A stretch of 24,078 nt of DNA, taken from positions 1 to 24,078 of the forward strand of contig DATHPH010000166.1 of NCBI GenBank assembly GCA_035484095.1. The letters are read 5' to 3'. Within the stretch, counting starts at the first letter, position 1; each line of letters starts with the position of its first letter. Shown here piece after piece: positions 1 through 8,766 of the stretch. A program made the position numbers and the translations under genes. Below the pieces are notes generated by a model, which saw nothing but the letters and a program-made list of their open reading frames with translations, did not search any database and had not been told where the DNA came from. The DNA is from Cytophagaceae bacterium. GTDB taxonomy: Bacteria > Bacteroidota > Bacteroidia > Cytophagales > Cytophagaceae.

Positions 1-1255
1 CCAAACTTTTTATCTTAGAAATCCGAATCCCTGCTTCCGGCACAATTTCATACAATGTAACAGTAGGACCAATCGTTGCTTTAATACTCGCGATCCCAAT
101 GCTGTAATTCCGAAGAGTTTCTACAATCCTGTCTTTATTCGCTTCGAGTTCTTCTTTTGTAACATTTCCAGCTTTATGTGTATCGTACTCGTTTAATAAT
201 TCTAACGTGGGATATTTATAGTGGGGCAGATCCAACGTAGGATCGTAATTTTCCAATGGACCTTCATGATTTTTTTCAACATCCTCTTCGTTTGGCTCTA
301 CGAATTTATCGTTGACAACAATCGTATTTGTTTCTGAAAGTCGCAATTCATCCTTTACAAGAGGGGTAATTTCTTCCGGAACATCTTCTATCTGTAATTC
401 CAGCTCTTTCTTCACTGCCTTTTTATTGCCCTTATCAACAACTTTCACTTCCCATAACTCCTCTTCCGCTACGTCGTCAGTATCCTCTTCCTCGTCTATA
501 ATTTCATCTTCCTGCAATTCTTCTAAAATAGCTTCCTCCTCTATATCAGATAAAACTTCCGGAATAGATTCTATCTCAATATTTTTTTCATTCCCGGGTT
601 TAATAATTTTGAAAGTGGTAATATTAAAAAAGAAAACAACGAAACCGATGGCCAATAAAATTACTAACAAAGGTGTAGCCCATCCAATCAATGCATCGGA
701 AAAGGAGGCTACCACATAACCGATTCCACCACTCAAGAAAGATAGATTGGCCTCTCCATCTGCTTTTAATACAATATAACCTAATGCAAAACTTATCCAG
801 AGAATAAGAAATAGATTGGTCTTGATTGTAACAGGTAAATTCATTAAATCTTTTTCGAATACTATTCTGACTCCAAAAAGAAAAACGATTGGTACAAACA
901 AAAAAGAGGCTAACCCAAACCATTTGAAAATAAAAAAATAAGCGAGTATAGCACCACTCAAACCCAACCAATTTTGTGCTTCTTTCCCTGAATCTAAAAT
1001 ACTGGTTCCAAAGAAAGACTCTACTACGCTTTGATCGTCTGCCCCGGTAAATAGGTAGGATAGGAAGGACAAGCACATACACAAAGAGAAAATTAAAACA
1101 AAAAATCCAGCTACAAGCTGAAACCTTCTATCTTTTACAAACTGAAAATTTAAGATCGGTTTCCGCGGTTCTTTTTCCACTTCAACCTTTTCTCCTTTAC
1201 GTCTGTTTTTCTTTTCCGGAGTATCTTTAGGCTTTTTATAGGTGTTTTCTGCCAT
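1..1255 (-). CDS. ftsK: DNA translocase FtsK, N-terminal part (runs off the left edge)
   Basis: Manual translation from ATG at 1255: MAENTYKKPK...RFQLVAGFFVLIFSLCMCLSFLSYLFTGADDQSVVES (N-terminal membrane domain), an acidic linker, then ELEANKDRIVETLRNYSIGIASIKATIGPTVTLYEIVPEAGIRISKIKSL, the start of the FtsK motor region. Not in the ORF track because there is no stop in the window. Confidence 0.95.
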   Translation of the reverse strand, partial: MAENTYKKPKDTPEKKNRRKGEKVEVEKEPRKPILNFQFVKDRRFQLVAGFFVLIFSLCMCLSFLSYLFTGADDQSVVESFFGTSILDSGKEAQNWLGLSGAILAYFFIFKWFGLASFLFVPIVFLFGVRIVFEKDLMNLPVTIKTNLFLILWISFALGYIVLKADGEANLSFLSGGIGYVVASFSDALIGWATPLLVILLAIGFVVFFFNITTFKIIKPGNEKNIEIESIPEVLSDIEEEAILEELQEDEIIDEEEDTDDVAEEELWEVKVVDKGNKKAVKKELELQIEDVPEEITPLVKDELRLSETNTIVVNDKFVEPNEEDVEKNHEGPLENYDPTLDLPHYKYPTLELLNEYDTHKAGNVTKEELEANKDRIVETLRNYSIGIASIKATIGPTVTLYEIVPEAGIRISKIKSL

Positions 1256-1270
1256 AGTAATATAGTAACG

Positions 1271-1278
1271 CAAAGTTA
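1271..1278 (-). promoter_or_regulatory. Bacteroidota housekeeping promoter -7 element (TAACTTTG) upstream of ftsK
   Basis: Exact TAnnTTTG match on the minus strand, ending 15 nt before the ftsK ATG. Confidence 0.65.
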
Positions 1279-1400
1279 CACGACTTTGGCAGATTTAAAA
1301 ATAGGGGAAAGATGGAAAGATGTATAGAAGGCCATTTTTGGTACAATATTAAAACTTCTTTTGAAATTCAGAATATCTAATCTTTCTCTTTCTTTCACTG

Positions 1401-1482
1401 TGCTCTGAGGGGGACTCGAACCCCCACACCTTGCGGAATACGCCCCTCAAACGTACATGTCTACCAATTTCACCATCAGAGC
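1401..1482 (-). tRNA. tRNA-Leu(GAG)
   Basis: Reverse complement has acceptor stem GCTCTGA/TCAGAGC, D-loop TTGGTAGAC, anticodon arm TACGT-TTGAGGG-GCGTA (anticodon at 1446-1448), a long variable arm and T-loop GTTCGAGTC. CCA is not encoded. Confidence 0.97.
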
Positions 1483-1530
1483 ATTTTGGTAATTTAAAGT
1501 TACTAAAACATTCTCCTATTTAAAATATTT

Positions 1531-1902
1531 TCAAAAATAAGATTTAGATTTTTTCTTCAGCGTTACCTTTGCTCGCTCGCAGCGACCACCTACCGGAGGA
1601 TTGTATTTACTTACACTCACCTCTACAGAAACCACATTGCCATGTGTTTCAAAAATTCTTTCAATGATGTTGGCGGCAAGTGTTTCTAAAAGTTTTGAAG
1701 GCGTTTTCATTTCTTCTCTGGCACATTGATAAAGTTTTTCATAGTTTACAGTCTTCCCCAAATCTTCAATACCTTGTTGAAAAATATAATCAAAAAGTAT
1801 TTTTATATCTACTGAAAAACGGTTTCCTATTTTCTGCTCTTGTTCATACACTCCATGATAAGCATAAAACTCCAACCCTTCCAATACAATTTCTGCTTCC
1901 AT
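1531..1902 (-). CDS. folB: Dihydroneopterin aldolase
   Basis: LEGLEFYAYHGVYEQEQKIGNRFSVD, TVNYE, LLETLA and SKYNPP motifs; 123 aa. The start overlaps the DivIVA stop (TAATG). Confidence 0.95.
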   Translation of the reverse strand: MEAEIVLEGLEFYAYHGVYEQEQKIGNRFSVDIKILFDYIFQQGIEDLGKTVNYEKLYQCAREEMKTPSKLLETLAANIIERIFETHGNVVSVEVSVSKYNPPVGGRCERAKVTLKKKSKSYF

Positions 1903-2618
1903 TATCCTATGGTATCAAAAAATGAACCACCTTCTTTTTTTGTTTCTTTTATTTCCTCCGTTGAACGTGAGACATTCACATTTGTAGCAGGTTCCGAAGG
2001 TTTTAGCAGAACTTCCGTATTGGTTATTTCTAAATTCTTAATGGGATTATGGTTGTTAATGTTCCTTATCTCTTTTAGTTTAAGATCAAAAGAAGTACGA
2101 CTTGTTTTCTGTTCGGATTTCAAAACTTTATCAAGCGTATCTTTAACATAATTCTTGATTTCATCGAGCAGATATTCTTTTTGTGAATCAATATAATTGT
2201 ATTCCTTTTCAATGTTTTTAGCCTCAATCTGAAGATCGTCCAAAATATTTTTCACTTCAATCTCCGCGTCTTCAATCATTGCCCGGGCTTTGCTTCTGGC
2301 TTCATTCAACAACCCTTCGGCATTCATCTGTGCTTCTCGAATATGCAACTCTGCTGCTTTGTTGGATTGTTCTATGATATTAGAACTGGTATCTTCTGCC
2401 GTTTTTAAGGTCCGAAAAAGAGTCGCCTCAACTTCACGCATTCTGGATACTTCTTTCTCAAGAAATTCTATCTTTCTCTGATGTTCCCTGTTTTCTTCCT
2501 GAACTTTTTCCCATTCCTGAGAAAGGGATTGCAAAAAGGCATCCACCTCTTCTTTTTCATAACCCCTAAAAGCTTTTTCAAACTCTTTTTTCCTTATTTC
2601 AATCGGTGATATTTTCAT
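1902..2618 (-). CDS. DivIVA-domain coiled-coil protein
   Basis: N-terminal ISPIEIRKKEFEKAFRGYEKEEVDAFL is the DivIVA signature, followed by a long coiled coil. Confidence 0.9.
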   Translation of the reverse strand: MKISPIEIRKKEFEKAFRGYEKEEVDAFLQSLSQEWEKVQEENREHQRKIEFLEKEVSRMREVEATLFRTLKTAEDTSSNIIEQSNKAAELHIREAQMNAEGLLNEARSKARAMIEDAEIEVKNILDDLQIEAKNIEKEYNYIDSQKEYLLDEIKNYVKDTLDKVLKSEQKTSRTSFDLKLKEIRNINNHNPIKNLEITNTEVLLKPSEPATNVNVSRSTEEIKETKKEGGSFFDTIG

Positions 2619-2642
2619 TTATTTTTCCGATAAATAATTTGT

Positions 2643-3590
2643 TTAATTATTAAACTCTATGTTCCAAACAGAAATACTCCTGTCGTCACTGGCAGCTACC
2701 AAAACATCGTTATAATCGCTCCAGAATAATTTATTTACGGAAGTGCCATGCCCGACATGACGGGCCTTGTCAATTACTTTCAACAACCGGAATTGCTCTG
2801 CGTCCCATATTTTAATAGATTTATCCAAACTACAGGTTGCAAAATGTTTTCCATCTGGACTAAACGCAATATGATTGATGGCAAACAAATGCGCTACAAT
2901 TTTTTCCTTTATCTTAAAATCATTTTGCACGTCCCATATAGTAAGATGTGCATCCCGGCTTCCGCTTAATAAGTATTTTCCGTCTGGAGAAAATGCCACC
3001 GTAAACACAGAATTTTTATGCGCTTCAAACTCGTATACCATTTTCAACGAAGCTACCTCTAAAATCCTGATAGAATTATCACTAAAAGCAAGTGCCATAA
3101 AATTTCCATCCGGCGACAACGCAATACTTCTTATGCTTTGGTCGGACAATTTTATTTTATTTAAAGTAGTAAGATCCTTTGCGGATAAAACTACCAAAAA
3201 GCCATTACCCGTAGCCACGATTATTTTATCCTCTATCACCTCAATATCAAACAGGTAAGAATCCGTAATGGCAGCAGAATAAAGTTCTTTCTTACTTCCC
3301 ACATCAATCAAATGGATTCCTCGGAAATTATGTCCTACCAGTAATTGATGCTCCAAGGGAAGATATTTCAACGCATATACAGAATTCTCTACTTTTGCTA
3401 TCAACGTTCCATTTTCAGGATTTTTCAGGTCCCAAAGTACTACCATTCCATCTCCGGCCGCAGAAAAAAAGAAATTTTCCTCTTTCCCTTTTTCCAATGC
3501 ATAAATGCAGTCCCTATGACCCGTAAGGGAGGTTATTTTTTCTACTTTTACCAACGACACGAACGTGATATTTATCATAAAATTAAGCAT
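2643..3590 (-). CDS. WD40-repeat beta-propeller protein
   Basis: Repeated GH...WD units (GHRDCIYAL...VLWD, AHKNSVFTVAFSPDG...IWD, AHLFAINHIAFSPDG...IWD). The true start may be the GTG at 3560. Confidence 0.9.
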   Translation of the reverse strand: MLNFMINITFVSLVKVEKITSLTGHRDCIYALEKGKEENFFFSAAGDGMVVLWDLKNPENGTLIAKVENSVYALKYLPLEHQLLVGHNFRGIHLIDVGSKKELYSAAITDSYLFDIEVIEDKIIVATGNGFLVVLSAKDLTTLNKIKLSDQSIRSIALSPDGNFMALAFSDNSIRILEVASLKMVYEFEAHKNSVFTVAFSPDGKYLLSGSRDAHLTIWDVQNDFKIKEKIVAHLFAINHIAFSPDGKHFATCSLDKSIKIWDAEQFRLLKVIDKARHVGHGTSVNKLFWSDYNDVLVAASDDRSISVWNIEFNN

Positions 3591-3763
3591 TTATAGCTTA
3601 AAAGCCGATTAAGTTATACACAACCTAATTTACTAAACAATCGTTTATTTTTCAAATATTTACGCAAATGGACCTAGAATTGAGACTGCTCTGGTAAAAC
3701 CATGACTAAAATAGTGCGCTTTCGGATTTAACAGGAATTTATAAATTGCAAAAAACTATCGAA

Positions 3764-4369
3764 ATGGAAAAACGAAACATTCTTGCCTTCCTATTGCTTT
3801 TACCCTTTTTAACATTCGGCCAAGCGAGTTCGATCTATAAAGTAGGGGATAAGGTGGAAAATTTTACGCTTACAAATGTAGTAGATGGATCAAAGGTTTC
3901 TTTAAGTGGACTGAGCTCCACGAAGGCCGTTGTGCTGGTCTTTACTAGTCATGAATGTCCTTATACTAAAATATACGAACAACGGGTCAAAGATTTCGTT
4001 CAGGAATACAATCAAAAGGGTGTCCTTTTCTTATTGATAAATTCCAACAATCCTGTGTCTAATCCGGAAGAGTCCCCGGAAGAAATGGCAAAGGCTGCCA
4101 AAGAAAGAGGCTACAAATCTCCTTATCTTTCCGATGCGTCACAAATTGTATGCAAGCAATATGGAGCATCGAAAACACCTGAAATATTTGTGCTAAAAAA
4201 TCAAAGTAACGGTTTCGTAGTTAAATATAAGGGAGCTATTGACGATAATCCTCAAAATGCTACCGATGTAACTGCTCATTATCTTAAAGATGCATTGGAT
4301 GCCATTCTCAACAATCAACCTGTTAAAATAACAGAAAAAAGGGCTTCAGGATGTATGATTCATCAATAA
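3764..4369 (+). CDS. Exported thioredoxin-fold/peroxiredoxin-like (redoxin) protein
   Basis: Signal peptide MEKRNILAFLLLLPFLTFG-Q; VGDKVENFTL, SHECPY, GASKTPE, YKGAIDDNP and C-terminal GC. ATG 3764 is preferred over TTG 3746. Confidence 0.85.
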   Translation: MEKRNILAFLLLLPFLTFGQASSIYKVGDKVENFTLTNVVDGSKVSLSGLSSTKAVVLVFTSHECPYTKIYEQRVKDFVQEYNQKGVLFLLINSNNPVSNPEESPEEMAKAAKERGYKSPYLSDASQIVCKQYGASKTPEIFVLKNQSNGFVVKYKGAIDDNPQNATDVTAHYLKDALDAILNNQPVKITEKRASGCMIHQ

Positions 4370-4741
4370 AAGAATGTGTGTATTTTATCCTACTACAATT
4401 AGTACAGATTTTATTCCGCTAAGATCAAGGGATAGATTACCTCTTTGGTGCGATGGTACTTATTCCCCTGTTTGCAATTAATGGATTACGACGGAGAATT
4501 GCTTCGACTCTTTTAAACTATCGTAATTTAGTTGCCTCTCCTTTTTCACAACAGTTTTAGCGTTTATACCGGGTGATTTTTGAATAATTGGTATGTTATA
4601 ATATCACCCACTATACTTCTTAAAGAATTTTTCCGACTCCTTGATCATCCTAAGGCAATAGAAATACCCATCCTGCTTTGCTTCATACTATTTTTTAGTT
4701 ACTTTATATTTCATCAATTGATTCTTAAAAAAACAATTTGT

Positions 4742-5107
4742 ATGATTCTCAAAACAATTAAAAGTTTTCGCTGTGCAATACGAGGATTCGGTAAAGTAAT
4801 GCGTTACGAAAACAATGCAAAAATTCATTTAATTGCCACTCTCGTCGTGCTGATTTTCGGATTTTATTTTCGAATTTCTTTTCGCGATTGGTGTCTGCTT
4901 TTGATTGCGGTAACACTGGTATGGGTTTCTGAAACGCTCAATACCGCAATTGAGAAATTAGTGGATCTGCTTTCTCCCGATTACAATGAAAAAGCAGGGA
5001 ATATCAAAGACATTGCAGCAGGTGCAGTATTGATCGCCAGCATAGGTGCTTTGATAATTGGTATAATAGTATTCGATCATTACTTATTCCATAATTTTGC
5101 AAAATGA
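4742..5107 (+). CDS. dgkA: Diacylglycerol/undecaprenol kinase (DgkA family)
   Basis: SFRCAIRGF, ENNAKIH, ETLNTAIEKLVD and KDIAAGAV motifs. ATG 4742 gives the typical size of about 120 aa. Confidence 0.88.
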   Translation: MILKTIKSFRCAIRGFGKVMRYENNAKIHLIATLVVLIFGFYFRISFRDWCLLLIAVTLVWVSETLNTAIEKLVDLLSPDYNEKAGNIKDIAAGAVLIASIGALIIGIIVFDHYLFHNFAK

Positions 5108-5140
5108 TCCTTGCTACTTTTAATAACAACAAAAAGGGAG

Positions 5141-5205
5141 TCTATTGAATTTAACTTCAAGGAACGGATAGCACGTTCCCTATTTGAACTGAGAAATTGA
5201 ATAGA
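5141..5205. terminator. Long imperfect hairpin between convergent dgkA and rsmG, likely a bidirectional terminator or processing stem
   Basis: Nested arms TCTATTGAATTT/AAATTGAATAGA (11 of 12), TTCAA/TTGAA and GGAACG/CGTTCC around a 7-nt loop. Confidence 0.55.
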
Positions 5206-5206
5206 T

Positions 5207-5830
5207 TTATTTTACAGATACGTAAACTACTTTTTTCGTTTCAAAAAATTCTTCCTTAAAAAAATCATTTAATTCATAAATACGATATTTCTTCCCATAT
5301 TCGGCCATTTCTTCTTCAAGGTTGCCTCCTTTAAGGTATAAAATACCATTTTCTAAAGAATTAAATCCACCTTTTAAAAATTTCCGTTTTACCCATTCAT
5401 AAAAAGAAGCAAATCGTGTAACCGCTCGGCTTACGACAAAGTCCACTTTAATGTCCACTTGTTCTACTCTGGCATTTAATGCCTTTACATTTTTCAATTC
5501 CAATCCGGCCGCTACTTCTTCTACCACTTTTATTTTTTTCCCTATCGAATCAACCAATGTAAACTGACAATCGGGAAATAATACTGCCAACGGAATTCCC
5601 GGAAACCCACCACCGGTGCCTACGTCTAATATTTCCGTTCCCGATTTAAACGAACACACTTTTGCGATTCCTAACGAATGAAGGATATGCTTTTCATATA
5701 GGGAATCGATATCTTTCCTTGAAATGACATTGATTTTTTCATTCCATTCTTGATATAGAATACCCATTTTCTCAAACTGAGAAATTTGCTGGCTTGTGAT
5801 TTCCGGAAAATATTTCCTGATTAGTTGCAC
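5207..5830 (-). CDS. rsmG: 16S rRNA m7G527 methyltransferase
   Basis: WNEKINVIS, HILHSL, DVGTGGGFPG, DSIGKK and SRAV motifs; GTG start. Confidence 0.96.
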   Translation of the reverse strand: MQLIRKYFPEITSQQISQFEKMGILYQEWNEKINVISRKDIDSLYEKHILHSLGIAKVCSFKSGTEILDVGTGGGFPGIPLAVLFPDCQFTLVDSIGKKIKVVEEVAAGLELKNVKALNARVEQVDIKVDFVVSRAVTRFASFYEWVKRKFLKGGFNSLENGILYLKGGNLEEEMAEYGKKYRIYELNDFFKEEFFETKKVVYVSVK

Positions 5831-5838
5831 TACAAAAA

Positions 5839-6444
5839 TTAAATAGCGTCTTTCTTATTTTTGACAAGGTCATACAGCAATTCGCGGGCACGGTGCAATT
5901 GTGCTTTTACTGTACCCAAAGGAACCTTCATTTCTTCCGCTATTTCCTCGTAAGATAGTTCTTGAAAGTATCTTAACCTGACAAGTACCTGGTATTTCGC
6001 TGGTAATTTGGTTACGATGTTTTGAATAATTTCAATCTTCTCCCCTTTTATAGCTTCTTCCTGAGGATCCGGATTAAAATCTTTTATGTCAATATCAACG
6101 CTGTCTCCGTTATCGTCTTTATAAGAATTACTGATACTCATCGTATCAAGTTTCTTTTTCCGTATAAAATCAATACAATTATTGGTAGCAATTCGGAAAA
6201 GCCAAGTACTAAAGGTAAAATCCGGATTGAATTTTTTAAGATTCCGGAATGCCTTCGCAAATGCTTCAATGGTAAGATCTTCAGCATCGTCTACATTACG
6301 AACCATCTTCAGGATCATGTGGTAAACAGGCTTTTTATACCTTTGCATGAGTTCTGCAAAAGCCTTTTCATCAGATTGTTTGGCCCGCTCTACAAGCAAA
6401 AAATCTTTTTTGGCCTTTTCTGAAAATTCCTTATCTAACTCCAT
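5839..6444 (-). CDS. ECF (sigma-70 group 4) RNA polymerase sigma factor
   Basis: Region 2 DAEDLTIEAFAKAF...FSTWLFRIATN and region 4 LSYEEIAEEMKVPLGTVKAQLHRAR. Confidence 0.95.
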   Translation of the reverse strand: MELDKEFSEKAKKDFLLVERAKQSDEKAFAELMQRYKKPVYHMILKMVRNVDDAEDLTIEAFAKAFRNLKKFNPDFTFSTWLFRIATNNCIDFIRKKKLDTMSISNSYKDDNGDSVDIDIKDFNPDPQEEAIKGEKIEIIQNIVTKLPAKYQVLVRLRYFQELSYEEIAEEMKVPLGTVKAQLHRARELLYDLVKNKKDAI

Positions 6445-7547
6445 TTAATTTTTTTATAAAGCACTAAAGAAAGCGTAATTAACAGATAATTAAAAATATA
6501 TACAACATCGAGTGGAAATAGTAACCACCACCATTTATAATTATCGCCTAATTTTTTTGCAATTAATACAAAAATAACCACAAATACCAAACTGCGAATC
6601 ATTAAAAAGAAGAAAGCGGCTTTATAATCCTGACAAAAAACAATCCCTGCAAATACATAAAAAAATACGTGCGAAAAAATTTCTAACCCAAGCAACGCCT
6701 GGTGCCTCCATTTGTACTTTACTCCAACGGATAAATGTCTTCTTTTTTGTCGTAACCATGAAAAATAATTTTCTTTTGGAATGGAAATCATTTGTCCATT
6801 TTTGTGCATACAACAAGCGGTATTTGTGCTTTTGCCTACTTCTCCGATAAAAAGATCATCGTCTCCTCCAGTAATATTTATATGCGTTTTAAATCCTTGA
6901 TTCTTTTTAAACAAGGACTTTTTATACATCAAATTTCTCCCCACACCCATATAAGGAAAGCCGGACAAGGCAAATGAAAAATAATGAACAGCTGTCATAA
7001 GTGTCTCGTACCTTATCAGCATATTTAAAAAACCGCTTCTATATTCATAAGGCGAATATCCTAAGACAATTTCAATTTTACTGCTATTCAAAAAAGAAGC
7101 CATTTCTGCTATCCAATATTCAGAAGATGGGATACAATCGGCATCTGTAATTAAAAGGGTGTCAAATTCAGAAACCTCGATAGCTTTGGTTAGAGCATTT
7201 TTTTTAAAATTTTCATTTGCCTTCTTTTCTTCAATCCTGATAATACGGAAACGGGTTTCTGCCTGATATTTATCCTTGAAATAAGCAAAACTGCCATCCG
7301 TCGATCGGTCGTCTACCAAAAGAAGCTCAAAATTTTTATACCGTTGACCAAGGATGGCCGGAATAAGCCTTTTTAAATTTTCCAACTCATTATGGGCGCA
7401 AACCAAAACAGATACAGGAACAGATGGAACGTTGTCTAAATCCTTCGCATCAACTATTTTCACTCCTAAAATTCTTATATAAAAGAAAAAAAAGTAAAAC
7501 AATTGGATAGTAGTTACTCCGAGCAGTATGTAAAGTGGTAAAGACAA
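6435..7547 (-). CDS. Membrane glycosyltransferase family 2
   Basis: N-terminal TM, VSVLVCAHNE, VDDRSTD, DADC, GGDDDL, QKRRH and C-terminal TM helices. Overlaps the sigma start by 10 nt. Confidence 0.9.
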   Translation of the reverse strand: MSLPLYILLGVTTIQLFYFFFFYIRILGVKIVDAKDLDNVPSVPVSVLVCAHNELENLKRLIPAILGQRYKNFELLLVDDRSTDGSFAYFKDKYQAETRFRIIRIEEKKANENFKKNALTKAIEVSEFDTLLITDADCIPSSEYWIAEMASFLNSSKIEIVLGYSPYEYRSGFLNMLIRYETLMTAVHYFSFALSGFPYMGVGRNLMYKKSLFKKNQGFKTHINITGGDDDLFIGEVGKSTNTACCMHKNGQMISIPKENYFSWLRQKRRHLSVGVKYKWRHQALLGLEIFSHVFFYVFAGIVFCQDYKAAFFFLMIRSLVFVVIFVLIAKKLGDNYKWWWLLFPLDVVYIFNYLLITLSLVLYKKIKWS

Positions 7548-7596
7548 TAGTATTAATTTTCTCGAAAATACCCAATCTATATCACAAGAAAAAGCC

Positions 7597-7604
7597 TATT
7601 TTTG
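7597..7604 (+). promoter_or_regulatory. -7 promoter element (TATTTTTG) of tgt
   Basis: TAnnTTTG match 6 nt before ATG 7611. Confidence 0.6.
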
Positions 7605-7610
7605 TTTTCT

Positions 7611-8741
7611 ATGTTTTTCAAACTCCTACACAAAGATCTCCAAAGTAAGGCACGCGCCGGTGAGATTCACACCGGTCATGGAATCATCGAAACTCCGATC
7701 TTTATGCCGGTGGGTACAGCAGGTTCGGTAAAAGCTTTGCACCAACCTGAACTTCATGAGGATGTCAAGGCACAGATCATTCTTGGCAACACCTATCATT
7801 TATACCTTCGCCCAGGATTGGAGACGTTGGAACGAGCGGGAGGCTTGCATAAATTCAATGGCTGGCATAGCCCCATTCTTACCGACAGCGGTGGTTATCA
7901 GGTATATTCACTTTCTGACAGAAGAAAAATTCAGGAGGAAGGTGCTACTTTCAGTTCCCATATCGATGGTTCCAAACATCTTTTCACACCTGAAAACGTA
8001 ATGGATATTCAACGTACGATTGGTGCGGATATTATCATGGCCTTTGATGAATGTACTCCTTATCCTTGCGAATACCGCTATGCCAAAAATTCTATGGAGA
8101 TGACACATCGATGGCTAAAACGATGTTGTACACAATTTGACAATACAGAATCCAAATATGGTTACCCTCAATACCTCTTCCCAATTGTACAAGGCAGTGT
8201 TTATAAGGATCTGCGGCAACAATCTGCCGAATTTATTGCTTCTATGAATCGGGAAGGAAATGCCATTGGTGGGTTGTCTGTGGGCGAACCGGCAGAAGAA
8301 ATGTATGCCATGACGGAAGTAGTGACCGCTATTCTACCGGAGGAAAAACCACGCTACCTGATGGGAGTAGGAACACCGGTCAACTTACTTGAATGCATCG
8401 CTCTGGGCATTGATATGTTTGATTGTGTAATGCCTACAAGGAATGCGCGGAATGGTATGCTCTTCACCACACAAGGAATTATAAATATTAAAAATGAAAA
8501 ATGGAAGAATGATTTTTCTGCTATCGACCCAGAGCTTCCTTCTTTTCTGAAAGAATATTATTCGAAAGCATATCTGCGCCACCTTATTATTAGCCAGGAA
8601 ATATTGGGTGCTCAAATAGCCAGCATTCAAAACCTAACCTTCTATCTCTGGCTTATGGAGCAGGCGAGAACACAGATTAAGCTTGGCACATTTAATTCCT
8701 GGAAAGAGAAAATGGTTAAGCAGGTTTCGCAGCGACTATAG
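7611..8741 (+). CDS. tgt: Queuine/preQ1 tRNA-guanine transglycosylase
   Basis: TPIFMPVGT, NTYHL, TDSGGYQ, DECT, GGLSVGE and FDCVMPTRNAR motifs. ATG 7611 is preferred because TTG 7602 lies inside the promoter motif. Confidence 0.97.
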   Translation: MFFKLLHKDLQSKARAGEIHTGHGIIETPIFMPVGTAGSVKALHQPELHEDVKAQIILGNTYHLYLRPGLETLERAGGLHKFNGWHSPILTDSGGYQVYSLSDRRKIQEEGATFSSHIDGSKHLFTPENVMDIQRTIGADIIMAFDECTPYPCEYRYAKNSMEMTHRWLKRCCTQFDNTESKYGYPQYLFPIVQGSVYKDLRQQSAEFIASMNREGNAIGGLSVGEPAEEMYAMTEVVTAILPEEKPRYLMGVGTPVNLLECIALGIDMFDCVMPTRNARNGMLFTTQGIINIKNEKWKNDFSAIDPELPSFLKEYYSKAYLRHLIISQEILGAQIASIQNLTFYLWLMEQARTQIKLGTFNSWKEKMVKQVSQRL

Positions 8742-8766
8742 AGATTTTATTAATTTTGATATACCA

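Noticed and set aside
312-719. 135-aa Ser-rich plus-strand ORF
   Set aside because: Antisense shadow of the acidic linker of ftsK.
624-1082. 152-aa minus-strand ORF suggesting a frameshift in ftsK
   Set aside because: It is an alternative frame. Where I translated it by hand (start through the first TM region, and the left-edge motor segment) ftsK stays in one frame with family-typical sequence.
1380-1482. tRNA-Leu as an integration site
   Set aside because: No duplicate of the tRNA 3' end, no integrase, and housekeeping genes on both sides.
4455-4512. Minus-strand peptide containing EAILRR and LIANRG (biotin-carboxylase-like motif)
   Set aside because: Short, bounded by stops, no start and no further similarity; likely chance.
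4580-4741. 54-aa hydrophobic N-terminal extension of DgkA from TTG 4580
   Set aside because: Family similarity starts at ATG 4742, which gives the normal length.
8683-8766. N-terminal extension of the LptF/G ORF overlapping tgt
   Set aside because: The typical MKLLDKYI start is at 8767.
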